From Patescibacteria group bacterium (GTDB lineage Bacteria > Patescibacteriota > Minisyncoccia > Phycocordibacterales > Phycocordibacteraceae): 64,000 nt of DNA. The stretch's first letter is position 1; every line of letters starts with the position of its first letter. Under the pieces are notes generated by a model that saw only the letters and a program-made list of their open reading frames with translations, had not been told where the DNA came from and made no database searches. Both the position numbers and the translations under genes were made by a program. The stretch spans positions 42,793 to 106,792 of the forward strand of contig JAGWVF010000003.1 in the NCBI GenBank assembly GCA_018971045.1, read 5' to 3'. Positions 1 to 10,037 of the stretch are shown here, piece by piece.

Positions 1-103
1 CGCTTACGAGATACGCAAACGCTTCTTCGAGCGCCCGTTCGGCATTGCTCCCCACGATACCGACCTCGACGGGCATGCCCATAATCAGCCGGCGGTTTTT
101 CAT
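1..103 (-). CDS. partial CDS (N-terminal 34 aa only; gene continues beyond window start); weak resemblance to the N-terminus of ApbE-type FAD:protein FMN transferases
   Basis: Manual reverse-complement translation of 103..2 gives MKNRRLIMGMPVEVGIVGSNAERALEEAFAYLVS with no stops; the MG(T/M)-x-V-x-V block followed by A-rich helix resembles ApbE N-termini but only 34 aa are visible. Confidence 0.25.
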   Translation of the reverse strand, partial: MKNRRLIMGMPVEVGIVGSNAERALEEAFAYLVS

Positions 104-161
104 ATCCCCATATTACGCTCTTCGAGCGCTTTTTCATTCAGGCATGTTTTAGAATACCGGT

Positions 162-722
162 ATGACCACCTATACCCTCGAACAATCCCGATTCGCTCAT
201 TTCTTTACAGCCAATAAAGCAAGCGCTCCGCTTTGGTTCGTCATACGCCTCTATCTCGGATACGAGTTCCTTATGGCCGGCTGGGAGAAACTCGGCAGTG
301 CGGCGTGGTTCGGGAGCGGCGCAGGCGCCGCCCTGACCGGGTTTATACATGGAGCAGTCGCCAAGACCGTATGCGCTCCGAACATCGCCGCAGCAGCCTG
401 CCATCCCGACGTGCAGATGTGGTACGCATCATTCCTCCAGAATGCCGTACTTCCGAACGTGACAGTGTGGTCGAATGCCGTCGTCATCGGCGAGCTGGCG
501 ATCGGCCTCGGTCTTATCGTCGGCCTCTTCACCGGCGTTGCGGCGTTCTTCGCTTTCTTTATGTCGCTAAACTTTCTCTTCTCGGGCGCCGTCAGCGTCA
601 ACCCCATCATCATCATTCTCGCGTTGCCGCTTATCGCGTCGCGTCGCGTCGCGGGCTATTGGGGTCTCGATCGCTTCGCTCGCCCGTGTCTCCGCCGGAA
701 ATTTCACCGCTTCATTTCCTGA
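162..722 (+). CDS. DoxX-family small membrane protein
   Basis: 186 aa, 4 predicted TM helices, N-terminal pattern (YAL/FAL...RLYLGYEFLMAGWEKL) typical of DoxX/TQO small subunit family. Confidence 0.5.
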   Translation: MTTYTLEQSRFAHFFTANKASAPLWFVIRLYLGYEFLMAGWEKLGSAAWFGSGAGAALTGFIHGAVAKTVCAPNIAAAACHPDVQMWYASFLQNAVLPNVTVWSNAVVIGELAIGLGLIVGLFTGVAAFFAFFMSLNFLFSGAVSVNPIIIILALPLIASRRVAGYWGLDRFARPCLRRKFHRFIS

Positions 723-2138
723 TCACGAAACTCTGAAGTTTTCAAACTGCCACGGATCCGAAGCGTCAAAATGCTCCGGGAAGAGAATGCCGCGTCCCTC
801 AATCGGCGTCCAATCGGTATACACGCCCAGAATCTCTCCGAGATACGGCCGCGCAACGCTCATTAAAAGCTGGTGATCGATTTCATCGGCATCGACTAGC
901 CCTCGGCGCGGATTCCGTATCGCCCACACCATCGCTCCGATAATGCTCGCGGTCACCTGGAGCCCGGTCGCGTTATTGTGCGGAGCGGCGGCGCGCGCCT
1001 CGTCAATCGAGAGGCGCGAACCATACCAATAGGCGTTCTTCTCGTGTCCCATGAGGAGCACGCCGAGTTCATCGACGCCTCCGGGGAGAATGTCGGCGCC
1101 GATAAGCCGCTGTTCCTTTTGGAGAACGTCGTTATTTTCGGCGAGTTCTTCAAGCGAGAGCACCGCGCCGTCGCAGGGGCGGTAGGCGTAATGCACGGTC
1201 GGGCGATACACCACCTTCCCGTCTTCCCGGAGAGAGAGGTAGTCCGCGATAGAAATGGATTCATGGTGCGTCACGATCCATCCGTGCTGAGCCCCGGCAA
1301 TGGGCGTCCAGCTGCGCGCCTTCGTGAGAAAGCTCGGCTGGTCCAAATAGATCGCAGCGCCGCAGCCGAAGTCATGTTCATGTCCGTCTGGCGGCAACCG
1401 TTTCTCGTGCGTCCCCCATCCCATTTCTGACGGCTGGCTACTTTCTGAATGGAATCCGTCGATTGACCATGTGTTGACGAATTCGCCGATCTTCTTCGGC
1501 TGTACCGATTCTTGGGTATCGCGCTCAGCGATGTGGATGACTTTTATTCCGAGCTCCCGGGCGAGCTGCGCCCATCCTTCCCGGGTCGCGGGGATCTCGT
1601 TCTTCTTCCCCGTGTCGGCCGCAATATTGAGAAGCGCCTGCTTCACGAAGTGAGAGACGAGACCCGGATTCGCGCCGTGCGCGAGCACCGCAGTCGGGCG
1701 CTCTCCCGGCAACGCAAGCGATCGGAGCTTCAACACTTTCTCGCGCAATGCGTAGTTTGAACGATCCGATATGGAAAGCGCGGCATCGGTATAGGTCCCC
1801 GCCCAGGGTTCGATGCATGTGTCGAGATAGAGAATGTTATGGCGCTGGCAATGCTCGATCAGCGCCGCCGAGGAAACATCGACCGAAACATTCAGCAGAA
1901 AATCACCCGGACCGATATGCGAGAGAATGATGTCTTGATGATTATGCGGCAAGAGCGGATCAATGATGAATCGGACTCCATACTCGCGCGCCACGTCCTC
2001 GCCGCGCGTATCCGCCGTAACGATCGTGATGCGATCAGGCGTGACCGTAAAATGGCGCAAGAGAAGAGGCAGCGCGCCTTGTCCGATGCTTCCGAAACCT
2101 ACAATGAGAATCTTTCCCTCAAACGAATGCTTTTCCAT
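723..2138 (-). CDS. homospermidine synthase-like / saccharopine dehydrogenase family NAD(P)-binding protein
   Basis: 471 aa; N-terminal Rossmann motif ILIVGFGSIGQG; size and architecture match bacterial homospermidine synthase. Confidence 0.55.
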   Translation of the reverse strand: MEKHSFEGKILIVGFGSIGQGALPLLLRHFTVTPDRITIVTADTRGEDVAREYGVRFIIDPLLPHNHQDIILSHIGPGDFLLNVSVDVSSAALIEHCQRHNILYLDTCIEPWAGTYTDAALSISDRSNYALREKVLKLRSLALPGERPTAVLAHGANPGLVSHFVKQALLNIAADTGKKNEIPATREGWAQLARELGIKVIHIAERDTQESVQPKKIGEFVNTWSIDGFHSESSQPSEMGWGTHEKRLPPDGHEHDFGCGAAIYLDQPSFLTKARSWTPIAGAQHGWIVTHHESISIADYLSLREDGKVVYRPTVHYAYRPCDGAVLSLEELAENNDVLQKEQRLIGADILPGGVDELGVLLMGHEKNAYWYGSRLSIDEARAAAPHNNATGLQVTASIIGAMVWAIRNPRRGLVDADEIDHQLLMSVARPYLGEILGVYTDWTPIEGRGILFPEHFDASDPWQFENFRVS

Positions 2139-2261
2139 TTCGGATATGAAAACGAGAATCTAGTAAGATGAGCTTTGTATACGGGATTATGACACACCTG
2201 TCAAGACTCGCTGTGCATAAAAGCGTAGGGAGAAGATAGCGGCTAAGGTACTCTAGGAGTA

Positions 2262-3548
2262 ATGCATCGGATACGGAACTTCACCGAACTTGCGGCGACG
2301 CCGCTCCGCGCGAACGCGCTCGCGATCGCCGAGGCCGGCTACGGTGCCGTGAACGTCGGCGCGGCGCTTGCGCGCGACCTCCGCGTAGAGAACGGCGCGC
2401 TCCGCGTCGGCGAGAAGGAGTACGCGCTTACCAATCGGCGCGTTTATTTTGTCGGCATCGGAAAATGCGCTTTCGCAGCCGCTCAGGCGATCGAGAAGAT
2501 TCTCGGCGACTCTCTCACTGCGGGAATCGCGTTTGGCATCGGCGACATGCCCGAGAGAAGCGCGTCGATCGAGTTCCACTCCGGCACGCATCCGCTTCCG
2601 AGCGCAGTGAACGTTGCGGCGGCCAATCGCCTTCTCACTCTCCTCTCCGGACGCGAGGAGACCGATCTCGTACTGATGCTCATTTCAGGCGGCGGGTCGA
2701 CGCTTTTGTGCGCTCCTCACGATCCGATGACCTGCGTCGACGAGAGCGCTCTCTTCCACACCCTCACCGACCACGGCGCGTCGATACAAGAATTGAATAC
2801 GGTTCGAAAACATATTTCGCGCGCGCGCGGCGGCGGACTCGCGGTCGCGAGCTATCCTGCCGAAGTCGTCTCGCTCATTGTCTCGGACGTTCCCGGCGAC
2901 GATATCGAATACATTTCATCCGGCCCGACGCTGCTCGATTCCTCGACCGTTGCCGATGCTCGCGCCGTCCTTGAGAAATACGGCGTGCCGACTATCGCTC
3001 CGCTCACGCTCGTCGAGACGGAGAAAGAGCAGAAATATTTCGACCGCGTTACCAACCTTCTTTTCCTCACCAATAAGAACGCCCTCGCGGCGATGCAGAC
3101 TGAAGCGGCCGCGCGCGGCTACGCCGCCGAGATCGTCGACGACAAGATCGAGGGCGAAGCGCGCGAGGTCGGCCGCACGATCGCTGAGAGACTCCATGCC
3201 GCCGAATCGAAAACGGCGTTCCTCTATGCCGGCGAGACCACGGTAACGGTGGGCGGCGTGGGCGGCGCGGGCGGACGCAACCAGGAGATGGCGCTCGCGG
3301 CCCTCGCCGATATCGCCGAGGGCGAGCTCATTCTCGCCTGCGCCTCGGACGGTCACGACAACACTGATCACGCCGGGGCTATCGGCGATGCCGTTACGCG
3401 AACGCATGCGCACGAGCAGAACCTCTCGATTCCCGAATACCTCGCGGCGCATCGCTCCTACGATTTTTTCGCCGCGACCGGAGATGCCCTTATCACCGGG
3501 TATACTGGATCAAACGTGTCGGACTTTATTATTGCCTTAAAAAAATGA
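2262..3548 (+). CDS. glycerate kinase (MOFRL family, glycerate 2-kinase type)
   Basis: 428 aa; DUF4147-like N-domain plus C-terminal MOFRL block (GGETTVTV...GGRNQEMALAA...ASDGHDNTD); 4-bp overlap with downstream ppsA. Confidence 0.7.
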   Translation: MHRIRNFTELAATPLRANALAIAEAGYGAVNVGAALARDLRVENGALRVGEKEYALTNRRVYFVGIGKCAFAAAQAIEKILGDSLTAGIAFGIGDMPERSASIEFHSGTHPLPSAVNVAAANRLLTLLSGREETDLVLMLISGGGSTLLCAPHDPMTCVDESALFHTLTDHGASIQELNTVRKHISRARGGGLAVASYPAEVVSLIVSDVPGDDIEYISSGPTLLDSSTVADARAVLEKYGVPTIAPLTLVETEKEQKYFDRVTNLLFLTNKNALAAMQTEAAARGYAAEIVDDKIEGEAREVGRTIAERLHAAESKTAFLYAGETTVTVGGVGGAGGRNQEMALAALADIAEGELILACASDGHDNTDHAGAIGDAVTRTHAHEQNLSIPEYLAAHRSYDFFAATGDALITGYTGSNVSDFIIALKK

Positions 3549-5977
3549 GCATGAACGATTCTTTTATTTTGTGGTTTCAAGATATCTCCATGGACAACGT
3601 CGCCGAAGTCGGCGGGAAGAATGCGTCTTTGGGCGAGCTTATTCGCGCGCTCGAGCCGCAGGGCGTGCGCATCCCGCACGGATTTGCGGTAACCGCCGCG
3701 GCGTATTACCACTATTTGAAAGAGACGGGGCTCGATATTTTTATAGAAGCTACCCTCAAGGGACTCAATACCCGCAACCTCAAAGAGTTGTCTCGGCGCG
3801 GCAAGCTCGTCCGCGAGAAAATGCGGGCGACGCCGCTCCCCAAAGAGCTTGAACAGGCGATCGCTCTCGCTTATGCGCGTATGGAACAACAGTACGGCCG
3901 CCATACCGATGTGGCAGTACGTTCTTCGGCCACGGCTGAGGACTTGCCCGGCGCCTCTTTCGCAGGCGAGCAGGAAACGTATCTCAATATCCGCGGCGCG
4001 AAGGATGTGGCGCGCGCGGCTGTCTGGACGATGGCATCGCTGTTTACCGATCGGGCCATTTCTTATCGCGCAGACAAAGGATTCGACCATATGAAGGTCG
4101 CTCTTTCGGTCGGGGTACAGAAAATGGTCCGCTCCGATAAGGGCGCCTCGGGCGTAATGTTCACGGTCGACACCGAGAGCGGGTTCCATGACGTCGTGGT
4201 GGTGAATGCGACCTACGGCCTCGGCGAGATGATCGTGCAAGGACACGTTACTCCCGACGAATACCTGGTGAGAAAGTCCGCCATCGGCAATACGCGATCG
4301 CCCATCATTCTCAAAAAGATCGGCACCAATCTCAAGAAAATGATCTACGACACCGGAAAAAGCGGCGTAATCCAGACAAAGATCGTCTCCACTCCCGCAA
4401 TCGACGCGGCGCGCTTCGTTTTGACTGACGATGAGATCGTCACGATGGCCGGCTGGGGCGCTATCGTTGAAAAGCATTACTCCGAACGCGCGCAGAAGTG
4501 GACGCCGATGGATATGGAGTGGGCCAAGGACGGACTCACCGGCGAGTTGTATATCGTGCAGGCGCGCCCCGAGACCGTACAGGCCGAACGCGATTACACG
4601 AAACTCGTAGAGTACGCCGTCTCGGGCCAAGGCAAGGAACTCGCGCGGGGCATCTCGGTCGGCTCGAAAGCGGCTTCAGGCAAAGCGCATCTCATTATGA
4701 ATCCGAGACAAATTCGAGAATTCAGACAAGGGGAGATTCTCGTTACCGCGATGACTGATCCCGACTGGGAACCGATCATGAAAATGGCGAGCGCGATTGT
4801 TACCGATAAGGGCGGCCGCACGAGCCACGCGGCGATTGTCTCGCGCGAGCTCGGGCTTCCGGCGATTGTCGGATCCGGTAATGCGACCAAGGTGTTGAAA
4901 ACGGGCATGAGTATCACCGCCGATGCCTCGGGCAGCACGGGCGTCATTACCGCCGGTAAGGCGAAGATCATCGTGAAGGAGCACTCGCTTGGCACGCTTC
5001 CGAAAACGAAAACCAACATCATGGTGAACATCGCCTCGCCGGATATCGCCTTCGAGAACTCCTTCTTACCCGTCGAAGGCGTCGGGCTCGCGCGCGAGGA
5101 GTTCATTATCGCGTCAACGATCGGCATGCATCCGATGGCGCTCCTGAACTACAAGAAGCTCGACTCGAAGCTGAAGGCGGAAATCGCCAAGCGCATCCGG
5201 GGATGGAAGAGCCCCGTTGACTTCTATGTCGATAATCTTGCCTACGGCATCGCCAAGATCGGCGCCGCCTTCGCTCCAAGGAAGGTGATCGTCCGCTTCT
5301 CCGACTTCAAGACAAACGAATATTCAACGCTTCTTGGCGGCGCCGCATACGAACCAAAAGAAGAGAATCCGATGATCGGCTGGCGCGGCACCTCCCGTTA
5401 TTACGATCCGAAATTCAGAGACGCCTTCGCGCTTGAATGCCGAGCGCTCGTAAAGGTACGCGACGACATGGGGCTCGATAACGTTATCCCAATGCTCCCC
5501 TTCTGCCGAACGGTTCACGAGGCCGAGCAAGTGCTCTCGGTGATGGCCGCCCACGGCCTCACGGCGAAGTCGCTCGCAAAAGAGGGAGAGAAGGCGACGC
5601 CCGTCTATATGATGTGCGAGATTCCCTCGAACGTTCTCTTGGCCGAAGAGTTCCTCGATCTTTTCGACGGCATGTCGATCGGCAGCAATGACCTCACCCA
5701 GCTTACGCTCGGGCTCGACCGCGACTCGGGTATCGTTACCCATATCGGCAATGAAGATGACGAAGCGGTGCATGCACTCATCTCGATGGTAATCCGAAAA
5801 TGTAGCGCGCGCGGAAAATATATCGGCATCTGCGGCCAAGGACCCTCGGATCTTCCCGGTTTCGCTGAATTTCTCGTGAAAGAGGGTATTGAGAGCATGT
5901 CGCTTAATCCTGACTCGGTGGTAAAGACGATCGAGCATGTAGCCGAAGTCGAGGAGCGCATCGGCCGCTCGGTATGA
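3545..5977 (+). CDS. ppsA: phosphoenolpyruvate synthase (pyruvate, water dikinase)
   Basis: 810 aa; ATP-grasp N-domain, phosphohistidine swivel motif GGRTSHAAIVSRELGLPAIVG, C-terminal PEP-utilising TIM barrel. Confidence 0.85.
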   Translation: MSMNDSFILWFQDISMDNVAEVGGKNASLGELIRALEPQGVRIPHGFAVTAAAYYHYLKETGLDIFIEATLKGLNTRNLKELSRRGKLVREKMRATPLPKELEQAIALAYARMEQQYGRHTDVAVRSSATAEDLPGASFAGEQETYLNIRGAKDVARAAVWTMASLFTDRAISYRADKGFDHMKVALSVGVQKMVRSDKGASGVMFTVDTESGFHDVVVVNATYGLGEMIVQGHVTPDEYLVRKSAIGNTRSPIILKKIGTNLKKMIYDTGKSGVIQTKIVSTPAIDAARFVLTDDEIVTMAGWGAIVEKHYSERAQKWTPMDMEWAKDGLTGELYIVQARPETVQAERDYTKLVEYAVSGQGKELARGISVGSKAASGKAHLIMNPRQIREFRQGEILVTAMTDPDWEPIMKMASAIVTDKGGRTSHAAIVSRELGLPAIVGSGNATKVLKTGMSITADASGSTGVITAGKAKIIVKEHSLGTLPKTKTNIMVNIASPDIAFENSFLPVEGVGLAREEFIIASTIGMHPMALLNYKKLDSKLKAEIAKRIRGWKSPVDFYVDNLAYGIAKIGAAFAPRKVIVRFSDFKTNEYSTLLGGAAYEPKEENPMIGWRGTSRYYDPKFRDAFALECRALVKVRDDMGLDNVIPMLPFCRTVHEAEQVLSVMAAHGLTAKSLAKEGEKATPVYMMCEIPSNVLLAEEFLDLFDGMSIGSNDLTQLTLGLDRDSGIVTHIGNEDDEAVHALISMVIRKCSARGKYIGICGQGPSDLPGFAEFLVKEGIESMSLNPDSVVKTIEHVAEVEERIGRSV

Positions 5978-7158
5978 GAATTGATCGGCTCGAGGCCGTT
6001 ATGATTACCGACTCGCGCGGCAAGCCAACTCTCGAGACCACGATCTCGGCGAACGCGCTTTCGGCGACCGCCTCGGTGCCTTCGGGCAAGAGCACGGGAA
6101 TTCACGAAGCCGTCGAGCTTCGCGGCCCCGACGGGAACGTCGCGGAAGCGATAGCGAACGTCAATGGGGAGATCGCTCGCGCGATTGTCGGCAAGCGATT
6201 CTCGCTTGACGAACTCGACGCCGCGCTTATCAAGCTCGACGGCACGCCAAATAAATCGCGTCTCGGCGCCAACGCAATCCTCTCAGTCTCGATTGCGGCA
6301 CAGCGCCTCTTAGCGATGCTCGAGGATATTCCGCTGTGGAAAGCCATCGAGAAGCGGGCCGGAACGACTGCGGGCGCGCCGCGGCTCTTTATGAACGTGA
6401 TGAACGGCGGCGTGCATGCGGACTTCAAACTTCCGTTTCAGGAGTACCTCGTCGTCGTCGACGGCACGACTCGCGAGGCATTCGCGACCGCAAAAGAAGC
6501 GTTCGAGAAGCTCGGCGAACGGCTGGATGGCGTGCCAATGGGCGATGAGGGCGGCTACGCGCCCGCCTTCGATCAGCTTGAGGAACCATTCGAGATCCTC
6601 GCCGAGCTTGTCGCGCAGTTTCCGCACACCTCCATTGCGATCGATGCCGCGGCGAGTGAGTTCTATCGGGACGGCCAGTATCATATTTTGGATGCTTCTT
6701 ATTCAGCCGATGATCTCGCGCGGATCTACAGCGGCTTAGTGGAAAAATTTCCCTTTCACAGCATCGAGGATCCATTCGATGAGGAGTCCGCGGGCGACTT
6801 CACGCGATTCACCGCGTCTGTGGGGGAGAAAATTCTCGTGATCGGCGACGACTTCACGGTTACCAATCCGGATCGTATACTGAAAGCGCGCGAAGAACGG
6901 GCGATTAATGCGGTGCTTATTAAGCCGAACCAGATCGGCACGGTGAAAGAGGCTATCGAGGCGGTGCGGGCGACGTCCGCTGCCGGATGGAAAAGCGTAG
7001 CTTCGCACCGCTCGGGAGAAACGAATGACACCTTCATCGCCGACTTCGCGTATGGCGTCGGCGCGCACGGAATCAAAGCCGGCGGCCTCGGTCAGAAGGA
7101 ACGGATGGAAAAATACTACCGTCTGCTCGCTATCGAACGCGAGGCGGAACATAAATAA
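5974..7158 (+). CDS. eno: enolase
   Basis: Signature blocks SGKSTGIHEAVELRG, LGANAILSVS, GDEGGYAP, IKPNQIGT, SHRSGETND. Confidence 0.9.
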   Translation: MRIDRLEAVMITDSRGKPTLETTISANALSATASVPSGKSTGIHEAVELRGPDGNVAEAIANVNGEIARAIVGKRFSLDELDAALIKLDGTPNKSRLGANAILSVSIAAQRLLAMLEDIPLWKAIEKRAGTTAGAPRLFMNVMNGGVHADFKLPFQEYLVVVDGTTREAFATAKEAFEKLGERLDGVPMGDEGGYAPAFDQLEEPFEILAELVAQFPHTSIAIDAAASEFYRDGQYHILDASYSADDLARIYSGLVEKFPFHSIEDPFDEESAGDFTRFTASVGEKILVIGDDFTVTNPDRILKAREERAINAVLIKPNQIGTVKEAIEAVRATSAAGWKSVASHRSGETNDTFIADFAYGVGAHGIKAGGLGQKERMEKYYRLLAIEREAEHK

Positions 7159-7167
7159 CCTATCATC

Positions 7168-8169
7168 ATGAACATACACTATTTTTCAGGAGAGGCGTGG
7201 GAAGAACCGTTCGTGCGGGGGAAACTCCCGAACGACGAGATCACTTTTCATGACGGACCGTTTTCAGCGTACGCCGACCTTACCGACCTCGCCGCCGAAG
7301 CGCTCTGCACCTTTATAGAATCCAAGATTACTGATGCGGACATGGCGCGCTTCCCGTCTCTCAAGCTGATCGCGACGCGCTCTACCGGCTTTGATCATAT
7401 TGATCTTGCGGCCGCCAGCGCGCGCGGAATCTGCGTGGCGAATGTTCCCTTTTACGGAGAGAACACGGTCGCCGAATTCGCCTTCGCACTCCTCCTCGCG
7501 CTTTCCCGCCGCGTGATTGATGCGGACGAGCGCGTGCGCGAGGGAGTTTTCTCGCCGAAGGAACTGCGCGGCTTCGACCTCGCGGGCAAAACGATCGGCG
7601 TCATCGGCTGCGGACATATCGGCATGCACGTCATTAAGATGGCGAACGGCTTCGGGATGAAGGTGCTCGGCTTTGAGGTCCACCCGGATCCGAAGCGGGC
7701 GCAGGAAGGAGGCTTTACCTATGCGACAATGCCCGACCTTCTTGCGCAGTCTGACATCATTACCCTTCACGTCCCCTACAACGAGCACACCCACCATCTT
7801 ATCAACGCCGACACTATTAAAAATATCAAGAAAGGCGCGTACCTCATCAATACTGCGCGCGGCGCGGTTGTCGATACCTCCGCACTTGTCGGCGCGCTTA
7901 AAGACGGAACGCTCGCCGGCGCCGCGCTTGACGTTCTCGAAGAGGAAGGTGATCTCGCCGATGAGGTGGCGCTCCTTACGAACCCGCACCCGAACGCGGA
8001 GGAGCTTCGCGTAACGCTCGAAAATCATTATCTCATCGAACATCCGCGGGTAATCGTCACGCCGCACGTCGCTTTCAACACGATCGAGGCCGTCGAACGC
8101 ATCGTCGCGGCCACGATTGACAATATTAAAAACTTCGCCGCCGGCGCACCGACGAATGTCGTTTCTTAA
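7168..8169 (+). CDS. D-isomer-specific 2-hydroxyacid dehydrogenase (glycerate dehydrogenase/hydroxypyruvate reductase-like)
   Basis: 333 aa; NAD-binding GxGxxG (GVIGCGHIG), catalytic domain order typical of D-2-hydroxyacid DH family; sits in glycerate-PEP operon. Confidence 0.7.
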   Translation: MNIHYFSGEAWEEPFVRGKLPNDEITFHDGPFSAYADLTDLAAEALCTFIESKITDADMARFPSLKLIATRSTGFDHIDLAAASARGICVANVPFYGENTVAEFAFALLLALSRRVIDADERVREGVFSPKELRGFDLAGKTIGVIGCGHIGMHVIKMANGFGMKVLGFEVHPDPKRAQEGGFTYATMPDLLAQSDIITLHVPYNEHTHHLINADTIKNIKKGAYLINTARGAVVDTSALVGALKDGTLAGAALDVLEEEGDLADEVALLTNPHPNAEELRVTLENHYLIEHPRVIVTPHVAFNTIEAVERIVAATIDNIKNFAAGAPTNVVS

Positions 8170-9482
8170 AGATCGCTTCCAGGCTCGTAGGTAAACAGAT
8201 CATCGCTCGTTGTCGCCCATTTTTTCTGCAGCGGCGCGAGGATGCGCCACGATTCCAGAACCTCCTCGCTCGAAACGAAGAGGTCATGATCGCCGCGCAT
8301 CACGTCAACCAATACTTTTTCATACGCGTCCGGAAGCGCCGTATAGTAGTCAGCGTACGCGAAGCCGAGCGTCTGCTTCTCGACTAATCCCTCGTAGCCC
8401 GGGCGCCCTGACCAAATCGCGAGCGCCATTCCCTCATTCGGCTGCAGATGCAACACCAGCTCATTCGCCTCCTGATCCCGGTCTCTTTTGTAATAGACGC
8501 GAATCTCGGTCGTCTTTTTTGACAGCCTCTTCCCCGTCATAAGGCGAATCGGGACACCTTTCCATTGCGGCGCCGTTGATTCGAGCGTGAGATCGACATA
8601 CGTCTCGACCGTACTCGCCGGATTACCGACTTCCGTGCGGTATCCCGCGTATTGCCCGCGCCGCGCCGCGCCTGAAAGCCGAACGCGCTGGAGCGCGGCG
8701 TGGCGCCGTTTCGGGATACTCTCGATCTCCTGACCGTTCGGCAAAGCCATAAGGGTAAGCGCGGCGAGTTGAAGCAGGTGACTCTGCATCACGTCGCGGA
8801 GCGCGCCGGTCTGTTCGTAGAAGCGAGCGCGTCCCTCGATACCGATCGTTTCGCTCGCGCGGATCTCGATGCGCTCGATGAAATCTCCGTTCCAGGTTCG
8901 CCGAAACAGCGAATTGCGCTCGCGAAATACGATCAAATCTTGCGCCATGTGCTTCGCGAGATAATGGTCGATCCGATACACCTGCTCAGACGCGAAGTGC
9001 GCGCCGATATGTTCGGCAAGATCGGCGGCTGAGGCCAGATCGGTTCCAAATGGTTTCTCGAGCAACAGCTTCGTCTCCGGAATCCGCGCGAGACCCGAGA
9101 CGCCGAGATGTTCGACGATAGGTCGCACGGCGCGCGGCGGCACTGACATATAAAAGAGCCGCTGAGCGCGCGTGCCGAGCTCTTGCTCGATCAGGGCGAG
9201 TCTCGCCTTAAGACGCGCATAGGCTCGAGGATCATCGGTATCCATCGTAAAGAATTGGAGGCGATCGCGCACATGCGGCATCGTCGCCGCATTGACCCTT
9301 TCAACAGGTATCGATCCCTGGCGCGTGGTGCCGATAATGCGAGAATCCTTGGGGAGCGCACCGGCCCGGGCGATCGCCTCGATCGCGGGAAGGAGTTTCC
9401 GTCCCGCGAGGTCGCCCGTGATGCCGATGATGACGAGTAGGGCGGGAATCGCCGAGTCCATAGGTTTTCCAGTATACTGCAT
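8166..9482 (-). CDS. zwf: glucose-6-phosphate 1-dehydrogenase
   Basis: NADP-binding GITGDLAGRKLLPA near N-terminus, RIDHYLAKHMAQDL (G6PD active-site motif variant). ORF track extends to 9812 but the G6PD N-terminus begins at Met 9482 or 9461; the upstream extension overlaps the divergent sigma gene. Confidence 0.8.
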   Translation of the reverse strand: MQYTGKPMDSAIPALLVIIGITGDLAGRKLLPAIEAIARAGALPKDSRIIGTTRQGSIPVERVNAATMPHVRDRLQFFTMDTDDPRAYARLKARLALIEQELGTRAQRLFYMSVPPRAVRPIVEHLGVSGLARIPETKLLLEKPFGTDLASAADLAEHIGAHFASEQVYRIDHYLAKHMAQDLIVFRERNSLFRRTWNGDFIERIEIRASETIGIEGRARFYEQTGALRDVMQSHLLQLAALTLMALPNGQEIESIPKRRHAALQRVRLSGAARRGQYAGYRTEVGNPASTVETYVDLTLESTAPQWKGVPIRLMTGKRLSKKTTEIRVYYKRDRDQEANELVLHLQPNEGMALAIWSGRPGYEGLVEKQTLGFAYADYYTALPDAYEKVLVDVMRGDHDLFVSSEEVLESWRILAPLQKKWATTSDDLFTYEPGSDL

Positions 9483-9485
9483 CCC

Positions 9486-10037
9486 ATGGATACGCCGCTC
9501 GAGCAAAAGACGGACGAGGAGCTCGTGCGGCTGGTGCAACGAAAGAATGAGACGGCATTCGGTGTAGTAATGAGCAGATATCAGCCGAAATTGCTTCGGT
9601 ATGGGAGAAAGTTCTTGTCGGATACGGCGCCTATCGAGGACGTGGTGCAGGAGGTGTTTATTAAAGCGTATCAAAATATCCAGAGCTTCGATACCGCGCG
9701 GCCATTCTCGCCATGGATCTACCGCATCGCCCATAATATGTTCGCCAATGCGCTGCGAGCCCGCGACCGCCTTCCGTTCATCACCGTCGATCTGGATATG
9801 TTTTCGGCGCACACCGCCTACGAGATCGATCCGGCAGGCGATGAAGAGCGCGGGCAGACGCGCGCGCTCGTTGAGCGCGGCCTCGCCTCGCTTTCGCCGC
9901 TCTACCGCGAAGTTCTGGTACTGTATTACATCGAACAGTTAAGCTATCAAGAGATCACCGAGGTTCTCCATGTGCCGATAGGGACGGTGGGCATCCGGCT
10001 CCGCCGCGCCCGCGAAGCTCTAAAAAAATATGTCTGA
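9486..10037 (+). CDS. ECF-type RNA polymerase sigma-70 family factor
   Basis: 183 aa; region 2 (AFGVVMSRYQPKLLRYGRKFL...VQEVFIKAY) and region 4 HTH (LSYQEITEVLHVPIGTVGIRLRRAREALKK). Confidence 0.8.
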   Translation: MDTPLEQKTDEELVRLVQRKNETAFGVVMSRYQPKLLRYGRKFLSDTAPIEDVVQEVFIKAYQNIQSFDTARPFSPWIYRIAHNMFANALRARDRLPFITVDLDMFSAHTAYEIDPAGDEERGQTRALVERGLASLSPLYREVLVLYYIEQLSYQEITEVLHVPIGTVGIRLRRAREALKKYV

